From positions 1-32,000 of the forward strand of contig NZ_MPKA01000113.1 in assembly GCF_001945605.1 (NCBI RefSeq): a DNA stretch of 32,000 bases, read 5' to 3'. The notes below the pieces were generated by a model. It had not been told where the DNA came from. It made no database searches and saw nothing but the letters and a program-made list of their open reading frames with translations. This document shows positions 16,888 through 24,995 of the stretch, one piece after another; the stretch's first letter is position 1, and each line of letters begins with the position of its first letter. A program made the position numbers and the translations under genes. The stretch is from Dubosiella newyorkensis. Its GTDB lineage: Bacteria > Bacillota_I > Bacilli_A > Erysipelotrichales > Erysipelotrichaceae.

Positions 16888-18168
16888 ATGAATGCACTTA
16901 TGAACTGGATGGAACAACACCTTGTTCCGATCGCGAATCGGTTTGCTCAAAATCCGATCTTAAAAACAATGTCAGAGGGCGCCATGTCTTTATTGGCTGT
17001 GATCATGGTCGGATCGATCTTTTCAATCTTGAATGGAATCCCATGGGAACCGTATACGAATTTTTTGAACAGCACCCATCTTAATGAATTCTTTGCTTTT
17101 ATTCCTGCTATCACAACAGAACTGCTTGGACTCTATATGGCTTTTTCCGTAGGAAGAGCTGGCGCCAAGAACTTTGGTCAGCCAGAAAGCGCCTTTATGT
17201 GCGGGATCTTATCGATGGCATGTTATTTGGTGCTCGTTCCTATCGATTCCGTTGAAGGAGTTTCAAGCATCCAAACAAAATACTTAGGAACGCAAGGCAT
17301 CTTCGTAGCCTTGATCGGAGGGATCCTAAGCTCTTCGATCGTCACTTGGATCATTCAAAAAAAGATCGTGATCAAAATGCCTTCTGGAGTACCGCCAATG
17401 GTGGGAGAAAACTTTGCGGCATTGATTCCTGGATTTGTCATCATAACGTTATTTGCGCTGATCAAATGGATCTTCTTGCTGACTCCCTATGGAAATCCGA
17501 TCGACTGTATTTATTCGATCATTCAAACACCGTTACAAGCTTTGACAAGCTCGCTGCCAGCTTTCTTGTTGCTGATCTTGATTGCTCAGATCCTTTGGTT
17601 CTTCGGTGTTCATGGTTCATATTCTGTGTTGCCGATTCTGTTTCCTTTGTGGATCGGATATGCTGGAGAAAACACAGCCAATGCAGCTGCTGGACTTCCA
17701 ATCGAACATATCTTGAATGCGGGCATGTGGGATCTGGCTTGTCTAGGAGGAGCGGGAGCTACGATTGGACTAGTGATTTGGCTCTGTTTCTTTTCGAAAT
17801 CTGCACAATATAAAGATTTTGGACGTTTGACATTTCCTTGCGGAGTCTTTGGAGTCAATGAACCCGTGATCTTTGGGTTGCCGATCATGCTCAATCCGAT
17901 CATGTTCATTCCTTTTGTGATTACGCCTGTCGTGATCGTTTCTTTGGCTTACTTCTTGATTTCGATTGGTCTAATCACACCGCCAGTTGGTTTGATTGGA
18001 GCTGGCTCGATTCCGCCATTCTTGCATGGCTTGGCGAATGGATCTTTGAGCTTTGCGATCTATGAATTGATTGCGATCGGAATTTCGATGATCATCTACT
18101 ATCCATTCTTTAAATTGATTGATAAACAAGCACTTCTTAAAGAAGAACAAGGAGAAAAGAATGAATAA
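16888..18168 (+). CDS. PTS system EIIC component, lactose/cellobiose (Lac) family
   Basis: 426 aa, polytopic. The N-terminus MNWMEQHLVPIANRFAQNPILKTMSEG and the motif GVNEPVIFGLPIMLNP are typical of CelB/LicC-type EIIC. An SD (AAAAGGAGA) is present. Confidence 0.9.
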   Translation: MNALMNWMEQHLVPIANRFAQNPILKTMSEGAMSLLAVIMVGSIFSILNGIPWEPYTNFLNSTHLNEFFAFIPAITTELLGLYMAFSVGRAGAKNFGQPESAFMCGILSMACYLVLVPIDSVEGVSSIQTKYLGTQGIFVALIGGILSSSIVTWIIQKKIVIKMPSGVPPMVGENFAALIPGFVIITLFALIKWIFLLTPYGNPIDCIYSIIQTPLQALTSSLPAFLLLILIAQILWFFGVHGSYSVLPILFPLWIGYAGENTANAAAGLPIEHILNAGMWDLACLGGAGATIGLVIWLCFFSKSAQYKDFGRLTFPCGVFGVNEPVIFGLPIMLNPIMFIPFVITPVVIVSLAYFLISIGLITPPVGLIGAGSIPPFLHGLANGSLSFAIYELIAIGISMIIYYPFFKLIDKQALLKEEQGEKNE

Positions 18169-19525
18169 GAATCAATTTTTGTGGGGCGCGTCCACATCCG
18201 CTTTCCAAGCGGAAGGCGCGTATTTAGAAGATGGAAAAGGACTAGGGACAGTGGATGTCCGCGTTGTCCCAGAAGGAATCGCGGATACGAAAATCGCTTC
18301 CGATCATTATCATCATTTTGAAGAAGATCTTTTGGCCATGAAAGAATTAGGCCTTAACGTGTATCGATTCTCCTTCTCATGGAGCCGGATCATGCCAGAT
18401 GGTCATACAGTGAACGAAAAAGGACTTGCGTTTTATGATAAGATCATCGATCGCTGTTTAGAATATGGGATCGAACCACTACCTACCTTATATCATTTTG
18501 AAATGCCACAAGCACTTGTCGACAAGGAAGGAGGATGGCTTTCAAAATCGACGATCGAAGCCTATGCCTCCTATGCGAAAACATGTTTTGAACAATTTAA
18601 AGGAAAAGTAAAGACATGGGTGACGATCAACGAACAACTGATTGCCTCAGCAGCTTCCGATCTGCATGGCATCCATGCCCAAAGCGAAGAAGAATCGATG
18701 AAGAACATGTACCAAATTTCTTTCAATATGTCCATCGCTGAAAAGAAAGCGATGCAGATCCTGAAACAGATCGATCCAGAATCTAAAATCGGACCCGTTT
18801 GTTCGATCCAGATCGTATATCCGAACTCATGCGATCCTAAAGATATATGCGCTAGCTATGACGCGGAAGAAATGATGATGTATTCTCTATTGGATATGTC
18901 GGTCTTTGGCCACTATCCGAAACGATATACCTCGTATTTGAAGGCGCGCGGATGGCTTCCTTCCGTTTCGAAAGAAGAAGAAAACCTGCTCAAATCGATT
19001 CGCCCTGATTTCATCGGAATCAATTATTATTTTCCGCTGACCGTCAAAGCTCCAGGAAAAGATCACGACTTCTCAAAACTTCCTCCATTCTGGCGGTCCA
19101 CGCTCTTTGAAGTAACCGACAATCCATATTTAGAAAAAAGCGAATGGATGCCTAATGGAATGGATCCGATGGGATTGTATCTAGGAATCCGAAAACTATA
19201 CGATCGTTATCGTTTGCCGCTCATTATCACAGAAAATGGAATGGCTTATTCTGACCGGCTCGAAGATGGCAAGATCCACGATTCGTATCGGATCGATTAC
19301 CTGGACGCCCACATTCAAAAAATAAAACAAGCAGTCGAGGAAGGCTATCCAGTTTTTGGGTATTGTCCATGGTCGCTCATCGATCTAGTCAGTTCTCATC
19401 AAGGATTTGGAAAACGGTATGGCTTGATCTACGTCGATCGGACGGATACGGATGAAAAAGAATGCGCCCGAATCCCTAAAGATAGTTATTATTGGTATCG
19501 AGAAAGAATAAAGAAAGGACTTTAA
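18161..19525 (+). CDS. GH1 6-phospho-beta-glucosidase
   Basis: FLWGASTSAFQAEGA, acid/base TINEQ and nucleophile ITENGMAY are present. CPWSLIDLVSSHQGFGKRYGLIYVD resembles the BglA/AscB phospho-type tail. The start at 18161 (SD AAGGAGAA) overlaps the EIIC stop. Confidence 0.9.
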   Translation: MNKNQFLWGASTSAFQAEGAYLEDGKGLGTVDVRVVPEGIADTKIASDHYHHFEEDLLAMKELGLNVYRFSFSWSRIMPDGHTVNEKGLAFYDKIIDRCLEYGIEPLPTLYHFEMPQALVDKEGGWLSKSTIEAYASYAKTCFEQFKGKVKTWVTINEQLIASAASDLHGIHAQSEEESMKNMYQISFNMSIAEKKAMQILKQIDPESKIGPVCSIQIVYPNSCDPKDICASYDAEEMMMYSLLDMSVFGHYPKRYTSYLKARGWLPSVSKEEENLLKSIRPDFIGINYYFPLTVKAPGKDHDFSKLPPFWRSTLFEVTDNPYLEKSEWMPNGMDPMGLYLGIRKLYDRYRLPLIITENGMAYSDRLEDGKIHDSYRIDYLDAHIQKIKQAVEEGYPVFGYCPWSLIDLVSSHQGFGKRYGLIYVDRTDTDEKECARIPKDSYYWYRERIKKGL

Positions 19526-19526
19526 T

Positions 19527-20792
19527 ATGATTGATCTTCATGAATATCCGATCACGGAATTTCCTGACGACTTTTTGATGGGCGTGGCAAGTGCTGGTCA
19601 GCAAATCGAAGGGAACAATTGTTCGTGGCACGATGATCCAAAATATTATGGGACTCAGAATTATACAGGTGTTCCTTGGGTTCCTGCAGGAAAAGCGATG
19701 GATTCCTATCATCGTTACGAAGAAGACATTGCTTTGGCAAAAGAAATGCATTTAGACGCGTTTCGATTAAGCGTTGAATGGAGCCGGATCGAACAAGAGC
19801 CTGGTGTTTTTTCTGAAAAAGAGATCATGCACTATGTTCATCTTTTAAAACGATTGAAAGAAGAAGGAATGAAGACGATCGTGACACTGCATCATGTGTC
19901 GCATCCAGTATGGTTTCATGATTTGGGCGCCTTTAACAAGATGGAAAACTTGACTTACTTTTTACGGTATGTGGAAACGATCGTTCCTAGGATCATGGAA
20001 TACACCGATTATTTTCTCGTTCTCAATGAGCTGAATATTCCTTTCGAATATTCGATCGAGGAAAGGATCAATATGCTTCAATTTCATGCTTATGCGTATC
20101 GCTTGATCAAGAAGTTTACGGATATCCCGACTTCGAGCACGATCTCGTATTCGTTCAAAGAACCATTCCGCGGACGATTTGATCGAGCGGATTCGGTGCT
20201 GGCAGAGTATGTAGATTGGATCGAAAACGAGTTTTTCTTTCATGCGGTTCGTACCGGAGAGATCATAATGCCCTATCACGATGTGATTTATTGTCCAGAA
20301 TTGAAAGATTCTATGGATTTTTGGGCGGTAAATACCTATATCCGTCAATTGATCGATTCTAGAAAAGCGTTTCCGATCGGCAGTGTATATAACGCGACGC
20401 ATTTCAAAGCGATGGATACTCCGATCTATACAGAAGAGATCGAGCCGGAAATCATGCTCAAGATGTTGATGCGATTGAATGATAAACCTGTCTTCATCAC
20501 GGAAAATGGGATCTCATGTAAATCGGATAAAAGACGGATGGAATATATCGCTTCCATGCTGGTGGCGATCAAACAAGGAATGGATCTAGGTGCGAATGTG
20601 ATCGGCTATTTGCATTGGTCCTTGCTCGATAATTGGGAATGGGGAAGTTATGCGCCAATCTTCGGACTCGCTTATTGTGACGAAAATTTGGATCGGCATC
20701 TAAAGAAGAGCGGAGCTTTTTATGGAGCGATCGCTAAAAATAAAAAAATCACTTCAGAAATCATTCATAAGTTTTATGACGCAAAAGAATGA
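19527..20792 (+). CDS. Second, shorter GH1-family beta-glucosidase-like protein
   Basis: 421 aa. FLMGVASAGQQIEGN, LNELN (acid/base Glu context), ITENGIS (nucleophile) and HWSLLDNWEWGSY (non-phospho-type tail) are present. It starts 1 nt after the upstream stop. Confidence 0.8.
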   Translation: MIDLHEYPITEFPDDFLMGVASAGQQIEGNNCSWHDDPKYYGTQNYTGVPWVPAGKAMDSYHRYEEDIALAKEMHLDAFRLSVEWSRIEQEPGVFSEKEIMHYVHLLKRLKEEGMKTIVTLHHVSHPVWFHDLGAFNKMENLTYFLRYVETIVPRIMEYTDYFLVLNELNIPFEYSIEERINMLQFHAYAYRLIKKFTDIPTSSTISYSFKEPFRGRFDRADSVLAEYVDWIENEFFFHAVRTGEIIMPYHDVIYCPELKDSMDFWAVNTYIRQLIDSRKAFPIGSVYNATHFKAMDTPIYTEEIEPEIMLKMLMRLNDKPVFITENGISCKSDKRRMEYIASMLVAIKQGMDLGANVIGYLHWSLLDNWEWGSYAPIFGLAYCDENLDRHLKKSGAFYGAIAKNKKITSEIIHKFYDAKE

Positions 20793-20837
20793 ATCATCAT
20801 CATGGCTTGAAATCCACAATAATGTTATAGTCATATC

Positions 20838-21560
20838 ATGACAAATAAAGCAAAGAAAAGAAAGGCCGCGACAGTGTTCGCGATTCCAATGGCATGTTTA
20901 TTCGCTTCAAGCATACCTATCGCGGCCGAAGAACCAAACTATGACTTCTCTTATGAGATGTATGGTCCAGTGACCGTGATGATCGACGCAGGCCATGGAG
21001 GAATCGACAGTGGAGCGATCGGCGCCAATGGTGTATATGAAAAAGATCTCAGCCTTCAATACGCCCAGACGATCGGAGCGATGATCCAAAGCTTAGATCC
21101 ATCGATTTCGGTTCTGTATACGCGCTATGATGATCAAGTGCCTTGGGTCGATGAACAAAACACGCTCGATTTTGAGGTCGATGATTTGAATGGAAGGACC
21201 AATGCGATCATGACGATGGCTCCTACATACGTTTTAAGCGTTCATTTCAACGCGGCTGATGATCCATCCGCTTCTGGTTTTTGCGGTTTTGTGAAAGGAG
21301 AAGACGCGAGTTCGCAAGCCGTCTATTCAAAAGTAAGCCAATATTTTCAGGAAATGGGTTATTCCTACGATCGAGGCTTGATGACAACGATGGACTATCC
21401 GCTACAGATCGTGGATATGAACATGTCATCCTCGATGCTTCTAGAACTTGGTTTTTTAACCAATTATTTTGAAGTTTCTCAATTGAGCGATCCATCGATG
21501 ATGAACGCCCTTTGCATGCAGATTGCGCGCGCTTATGTCGATACGATCCATGGTGTGTAA
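20838..21560 (+). CDS. Secreted N-acetylmuramoyl-L-alanine amidase (Amidase_3)
   Basis: It has a signal-like N-terminus (KKRKAATVFAIPMACLFASSIPIAA). The Amidase_3 core is VMIDAGHGGIDSGA, EKDLSL, and DLNGRTN...LSVHFNA. Confidence 0.85.
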   Translation: MTNKAKKRKAATVFAIPMACLFASSIPIAAEEPNYDFSYEMYGPVTVMIDAGHGGIDSGAIGANGVYEKDLSLQYAQTIGAMIQSLDPSISVLYTRYDDQVPWVDEQNTLDFEVDDLNGRTNAIMTMAPTYVLSVHFNAADDPSASGFCGFVKGEDASSQAVYSKVSQYFQEMGYSYDRGLMTTMDYPLQIVDMNMSSSMLLELGFLTNYFEVSQLSDPSMMNALCMQIARAYVDTIHGV

Positions 21561-21969
21561 TCATAAGAAATAGAACTTCGATACAATCGAATGATGCTTG
21601 TTCCTATCTAAGAACTTCTCGTTGCGCCAAATCCGAGGTTTCGTATAAGCAAAGCGCATGACGAGACGATCTTGATCTATACGCCATATAATTCGGAGTT
21701 GAAGTTGTAGCTCGACTCTAGCTTGTATGAAGGGATCGCGATCGATCTAGAAAACCGATATGTATCGACTCTCGAACTGAAAGCCAAAGAATTTGGCACA
21801 TATATCGAAAAGATATACTTTCATAACGATGTCTTCTATATTTTGAAGCGAAAAAAGTAAAAAAAACAAGAAAATAGATTCACTCACTTTGCAGAGCGTC
21901 AGCCGACGTTCTGCTTTTTTTTCTGTTTTTGTCGTATATAATAGGGGGAAAACAGAAAGAAGGAATACT

Positions 21970-22449
21970 ATGCTCATACGTGCTGCTCAACTTGACGACC
22001 TTGAAGCGATTTTTGAGATCGAATCGCTTGATTTCACTCTAGAAGAGGCCGCCAGCAAAGAAACGTTATCGAAAAGGATCCAAAATTTCTCTTCGCATTT
22101 TCTCGTGCTCGAACAAGAAGGGACGATTTTAGGATATGTGAATGGGGCGTGCTGTTTTCAAAGAAATCTTGAAGACTGGATGTATTCGATGGAACAAGAA
22201 GAAAAAGACGCTAACCATTTTATGGTTTTTGGCTTAGCGATCCATCCCGATTTTCAAAGAAAAGGATATGGCAGTCTTTTGATGAATGAGCTACAGAATC
22301 GTTTGCGTCAAGAATCGGTCGAAGAGATCGTTCTTACATGCAAGGCATCCCGTATTCCTTTTTATCGAGCGCTTGGTTTTCTCGATGAAGGCATATCTTC
22401 TTCTACACACGGAAATGTGATTTGGTATCAAATGCGTAAACATGTATAA
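21970..22449 (+). CDS. GNAT-family N-acetyltransferase
   Basis: 159 aa from MLIRAAQLDDLEAIFEIE. The acetyl-CoA motif region is LAIHPDFQRKGYGSLLM. The SD GAAAGAAGGA is present. The track start at 21889 runs through a terminator-like hairpin. Confidence 0.75.
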   Translation: MLIRAAQLDDLEAIFEIESLDFTLEEAASKETLSKRIQNFSSHFLVLEQEGTILGYVNGACCFQRNLEDWMYSMEQEEKDANHFMVFGLAIHPDFQRKGYGSLLMNELQNRLRQESVEEIVLTCKASRIPFYRALGFLDEGISSSTHGNVIWYQMRKHV

Positions 22450-22481
22450 TAAAAAAATAATTTATAGAAAGAGGAAGATGT

Positions 22482-23006
22482 ATGTATTTAGAAACGGAAC
22501 GTTTGTTCTTGCGGCCATGGAAAAAAGAGGACACGAAGGCGCTCTATGAACTTGCCAAAGATCCAAAGATTGGGCCGGCTGCGGGCTGGGAGCCTCATGA
22601 AAGCGTTGAAGAATCCGAAACGATCATCGAAACGATCTTGAGCGATCCGGAAACGTATGCGGTTTTTTTGAAAGAAGAAAATACTTTGATCGGATGTGTT
22701 GGGTTGATGATCGGCTCTAAAAGCAATCTAGATTTGATGGAAAAAGAAGGTGAGATCGGTTACTGGATCGGGTCTGCGTATTGGAATCATGGATATTGCC
22801 AAGAGGCGGTACTTAGATTGATCGAACACGCTCGGCTTGATTTGAACTTGGAAGAAATATGGTGCACTTATTTTGCGGACAACGAACGTTCGAAAGCGGT
22901 CCAGACAAAGTGTGGCTTTCAATATCACCATACTCTGAAGCGCTATTGGGAAACATTAAAAGAAGACAAGATCGAACATGTCACTAAATTGAAAAGGAGC
23001 GTTTAA
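22482..23006 (+). CDS. GNAT-family N-acetyltransferase (RimJ/RimL-like)
   Basis: 174 aa. TERLFLRPWKKEDTKALYE, EIGYWIGSAYWNHGYCQEA and NERSKAVQTKCGF are typical of Acetyltransf_3. Confidence 0.8.
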   Translation: MYLETERLFLRPWKKEDTKALYELAKDPKIGPAAGWEPHESVEESETIIETILSDPETYAVFLKEENTLIGCVGLMIGSKSNLDLMEKEGEIGYWIGSAYWNHGYCQEAVLRLIEHARLDLNLEEIWCTYFADNERSKAVQTKCGFQYHHTLKRYWETLKEDKIEHVTKLKRSV

Positions 23007-23009
23007 ATC

Positions 23010-24197
23010 ATGTTTGTGCTGAGTCTTGCGATCGTTTTGTTACTGGGAGCATTGGGTGGATGGTGCGCTCAAAAGATTGGACTTCCACGAATTGTCGGCA
23101 TGCTTCTTGTTGGCATCGGGATCGGGCCGGCGTGCTTGAATCTTCTAGATGCTTCGTTTTTGGCTGTTTCGGCCGATATTCGTCAGATCGCTCTTATCAT
23201 CATTCTTTTGAAGGCAGGATTGAATTTAGATTTTAGCGATGTAAAAAAAGTGGGTGTTTCGGCGATGCTGCTCTCTTTTGTGCCGGCAACTTTTGAGATC
23301 ATCGCGTATACGATTTTCGCGCATTTTTTGCTTAAGCTTTCATTTTTTGAAGCGATGTTAATGGGAACGGTACTCGCTGCGGTCTCTCCGGCAGTCGTTG
23401 TTCCTAAAATGGTCAGCTTGATCGAGGAAAAGTATGGAACAAAGCAATGCGTTCCGCAAATGATCATGGCTGGAGCGAGTTGCGATGACATCTTTGTGCT
23501 TGTTTTGTTTGGGATTTGTTTGAGCGTCGTTCAATCAGGAAAGATTGGCTGGACGAGTCTTTTGGATCTTCCACTTTCCATTGGATCTGGAGTTTTGCTC
23601 GGACTTCTTTTTGGGATCTTTTTTCTTTTTGTTCAAAGGAAAGAGAAGACGATGGCTTATTCGCTGCAGATGGTCCTCGCGCTTGCGCTTGGCTTTTTAG
23701 CGATGGGGGTGGAAACGTTGTTGAAACCGGTCATGGCTATGAGCGGTTTGCTGGCCGTGATGAGCATGGCGATGTGGATCCGAAAAAAAGAGGAAAAGAA
23801 AGCGGCTCTTCTGTCCAAGCAGGCGACCTCTTTATGGAGCGCGGCCGAGATCTTGTTGTTTGTGCTTGTAGGAGCGGCGGTGCAAATTGAATATATCGCG
23901 CAGGTGGGTTGGATGAGCGTGGTCGTGATCGTTCTTTCGTTATGTGTTCGATGCGTGGGCGTGTGGATCGCTCTTCTTCCTTCCAAGCTTTCGAAAAAAG
24001 AAAAGCAATTTTGCCTTTTTGCGTACTTGCCAAAAGCGACCGTGCAAGCCGCGATCGGAGCTGTTCCTTTGACGATGGGTCTTGCTTGCGGAAAAAGCGT
24101 ATTGGCCGTTGCTGTGTTGGGGATTTTAATCACGGCGCCGCTTGGCGCGATCGCGATGGAGCTGACATATAAAAAATTATTGATCAAAGAGGAATGA
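23010..24197 (+). CDS. Cation:proton antiporter (Na+/H+ exchanger family)
   Basis: 395 aa with ~11 TM segments. The N-terminus LGALGGWCAQKIGLPRIVGMLLVGIGIGP is characteristic of the CPA1/CPA2 family. Confidence 0.85.
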   Translation: MFVLSLAIVLLLGALGGWCAQKIGLPRIVGMLLVGIGIGPACLNLLDASFLAVSADIRQIALIIILLKAGLNLDFSDVKKVGVSAMLLSFVPATFEIIAYTIFAHFLLKLSFFEAMLMGTVLAAVSPAVVVPKMVSLIEEKYGTKQCVPQMIMAGASCDDIFVLVLFGICLSVVQSGKIGWTSLLDLPLSIGSGVLLGLLFGIFFLFVQRKEKTMAYSLQMVLALALGFLAMGVETLLKPVMAMSGLLAVMSMAMWIRKKEEKKAALLSKQATSLWSAAEILLFVLVGAAVQIEYIAQVGWMSVVVIVLSLCVRCVGVWIALLPSKLSKKEKQFCLFAYLPKATVQAAIGAVPLTMGLACGKSVLAVAVLGILITAPLGAIAMELTYKKLLIKEE

Positions 24198-24232
24198 TTT
24201 TCTTAAATCTTAAGAAATTCCCTCTTTTTTTC
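24188..24232 (+). terminator. Long hairpin terminator overlapping the antiporter stop
   Basis: GAGGAATgaTTTCTTAAatcTTAAGAAATTCCCTC followed by TTTTTTT. An extended -10 (TGaTACAAT, 24234-24242) for the ABC operon follows directly. Confidence 0.6.
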
Positions 24233-24269
24233 TTGATACAATGGTAGAAAAAGAAAAAAGGGATTTAGA

Positions 24270-24995
24270 ATGAACAAAAAAGACAAGATCATACAAGTCC
24301 GCAAATTGTATAAGATCTATGATATGGGAGAGGAAAAAGTCTACGCTCTTCGAAACATTCATTTGAATGTATTTCGGGGCGAGATCTGCTGTATCTTTGG
24401 ACCTTCGGGTTCGGGAAAGAGCACGCTTCTCAATCAATTGGCGGGTTTGGAAAAACCGAGTCGCGGGGGCGTTAAGATTTGCGGCGAGATCATTTCAAAA
24501 ATGGATGAAAATGAATTAGCGGCGTTTCGTCAAAAACATTCGGGTTTTATTTTTCAATCGTACGATTTGTTGCAGCATCTCAACGCGTTAGAAAATGTCG
24601 CGCTTCCTTTAGAGTTCGCGGGAGTGGAGCGTTCCATTCGTCAAAAAAGAGCGAAGGAGATGTTGAAGCGAGTTGGTCTAGCGAAACGGCTCAAGCATTA
24701 TCCTAGGCAAATGTCGGGCGGACAACAGCAAAGAGTGGGGATCGCTAGAGCGTTCGTCAATCGGCCAGAAGTGATTTTCGCCGATGAGCCGACAGGCAAC
24801 CTGGATTCGAAAAGCACGAAAGAAGTGATGGAAATGATGGTCGATTTCGTGCATGAGTACAACCAGACACTGATTCTAGTCACGCATGATCAAGAAATGG
24901 CGGCGTATGCGGATCATATCGTCACCTTATCGGATGGGAGCATCATTAAAGAAGAATGGAAAGAGAAAGAGGAGATTTATGAAGAAAAGTTTTAG
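24270..24995 (+). CDS. ABC transporter ATP-binding protein, MacB/LolD/FtsE-type
   Basis: Walker A GPSGSGKST, Q-loop, signature SGGQQQRVGIARA, Walker B VIFADEPTGNLD and H-loop THD are present. Confidence 0.92.
   Translation: MNKKDKIIQVRKLYKIYDMGEEKVYALRNIHLNVFRGEICCIFGPSGSGKSTLLNQLAGLEKPSRGGVKICGEIISKMDENELAAFRQKHSGFIFQSYDLLQHLNALENVALPLEFAGVERSIRQKRAKEMLKRVGLAKRLKHYPRQMSGGQQQRVGIARAFVNRPEVIFADEPTGNLDSKSTKEVMEMMVDFVHEYNQTLILVTHDQEMAAYADHIVTLSDGSIIKEEWKEKEEIYEEKF

Noticed and set aside
24886-24978. The N-terminal extension of the CARDB-like ORF (MIKKWRRMRIISSPYRMG...).
   Set aside because: It overlaps the ABC ATPase gene out of frame. The SD-ATG at 24979 yields a proper signal peptide.
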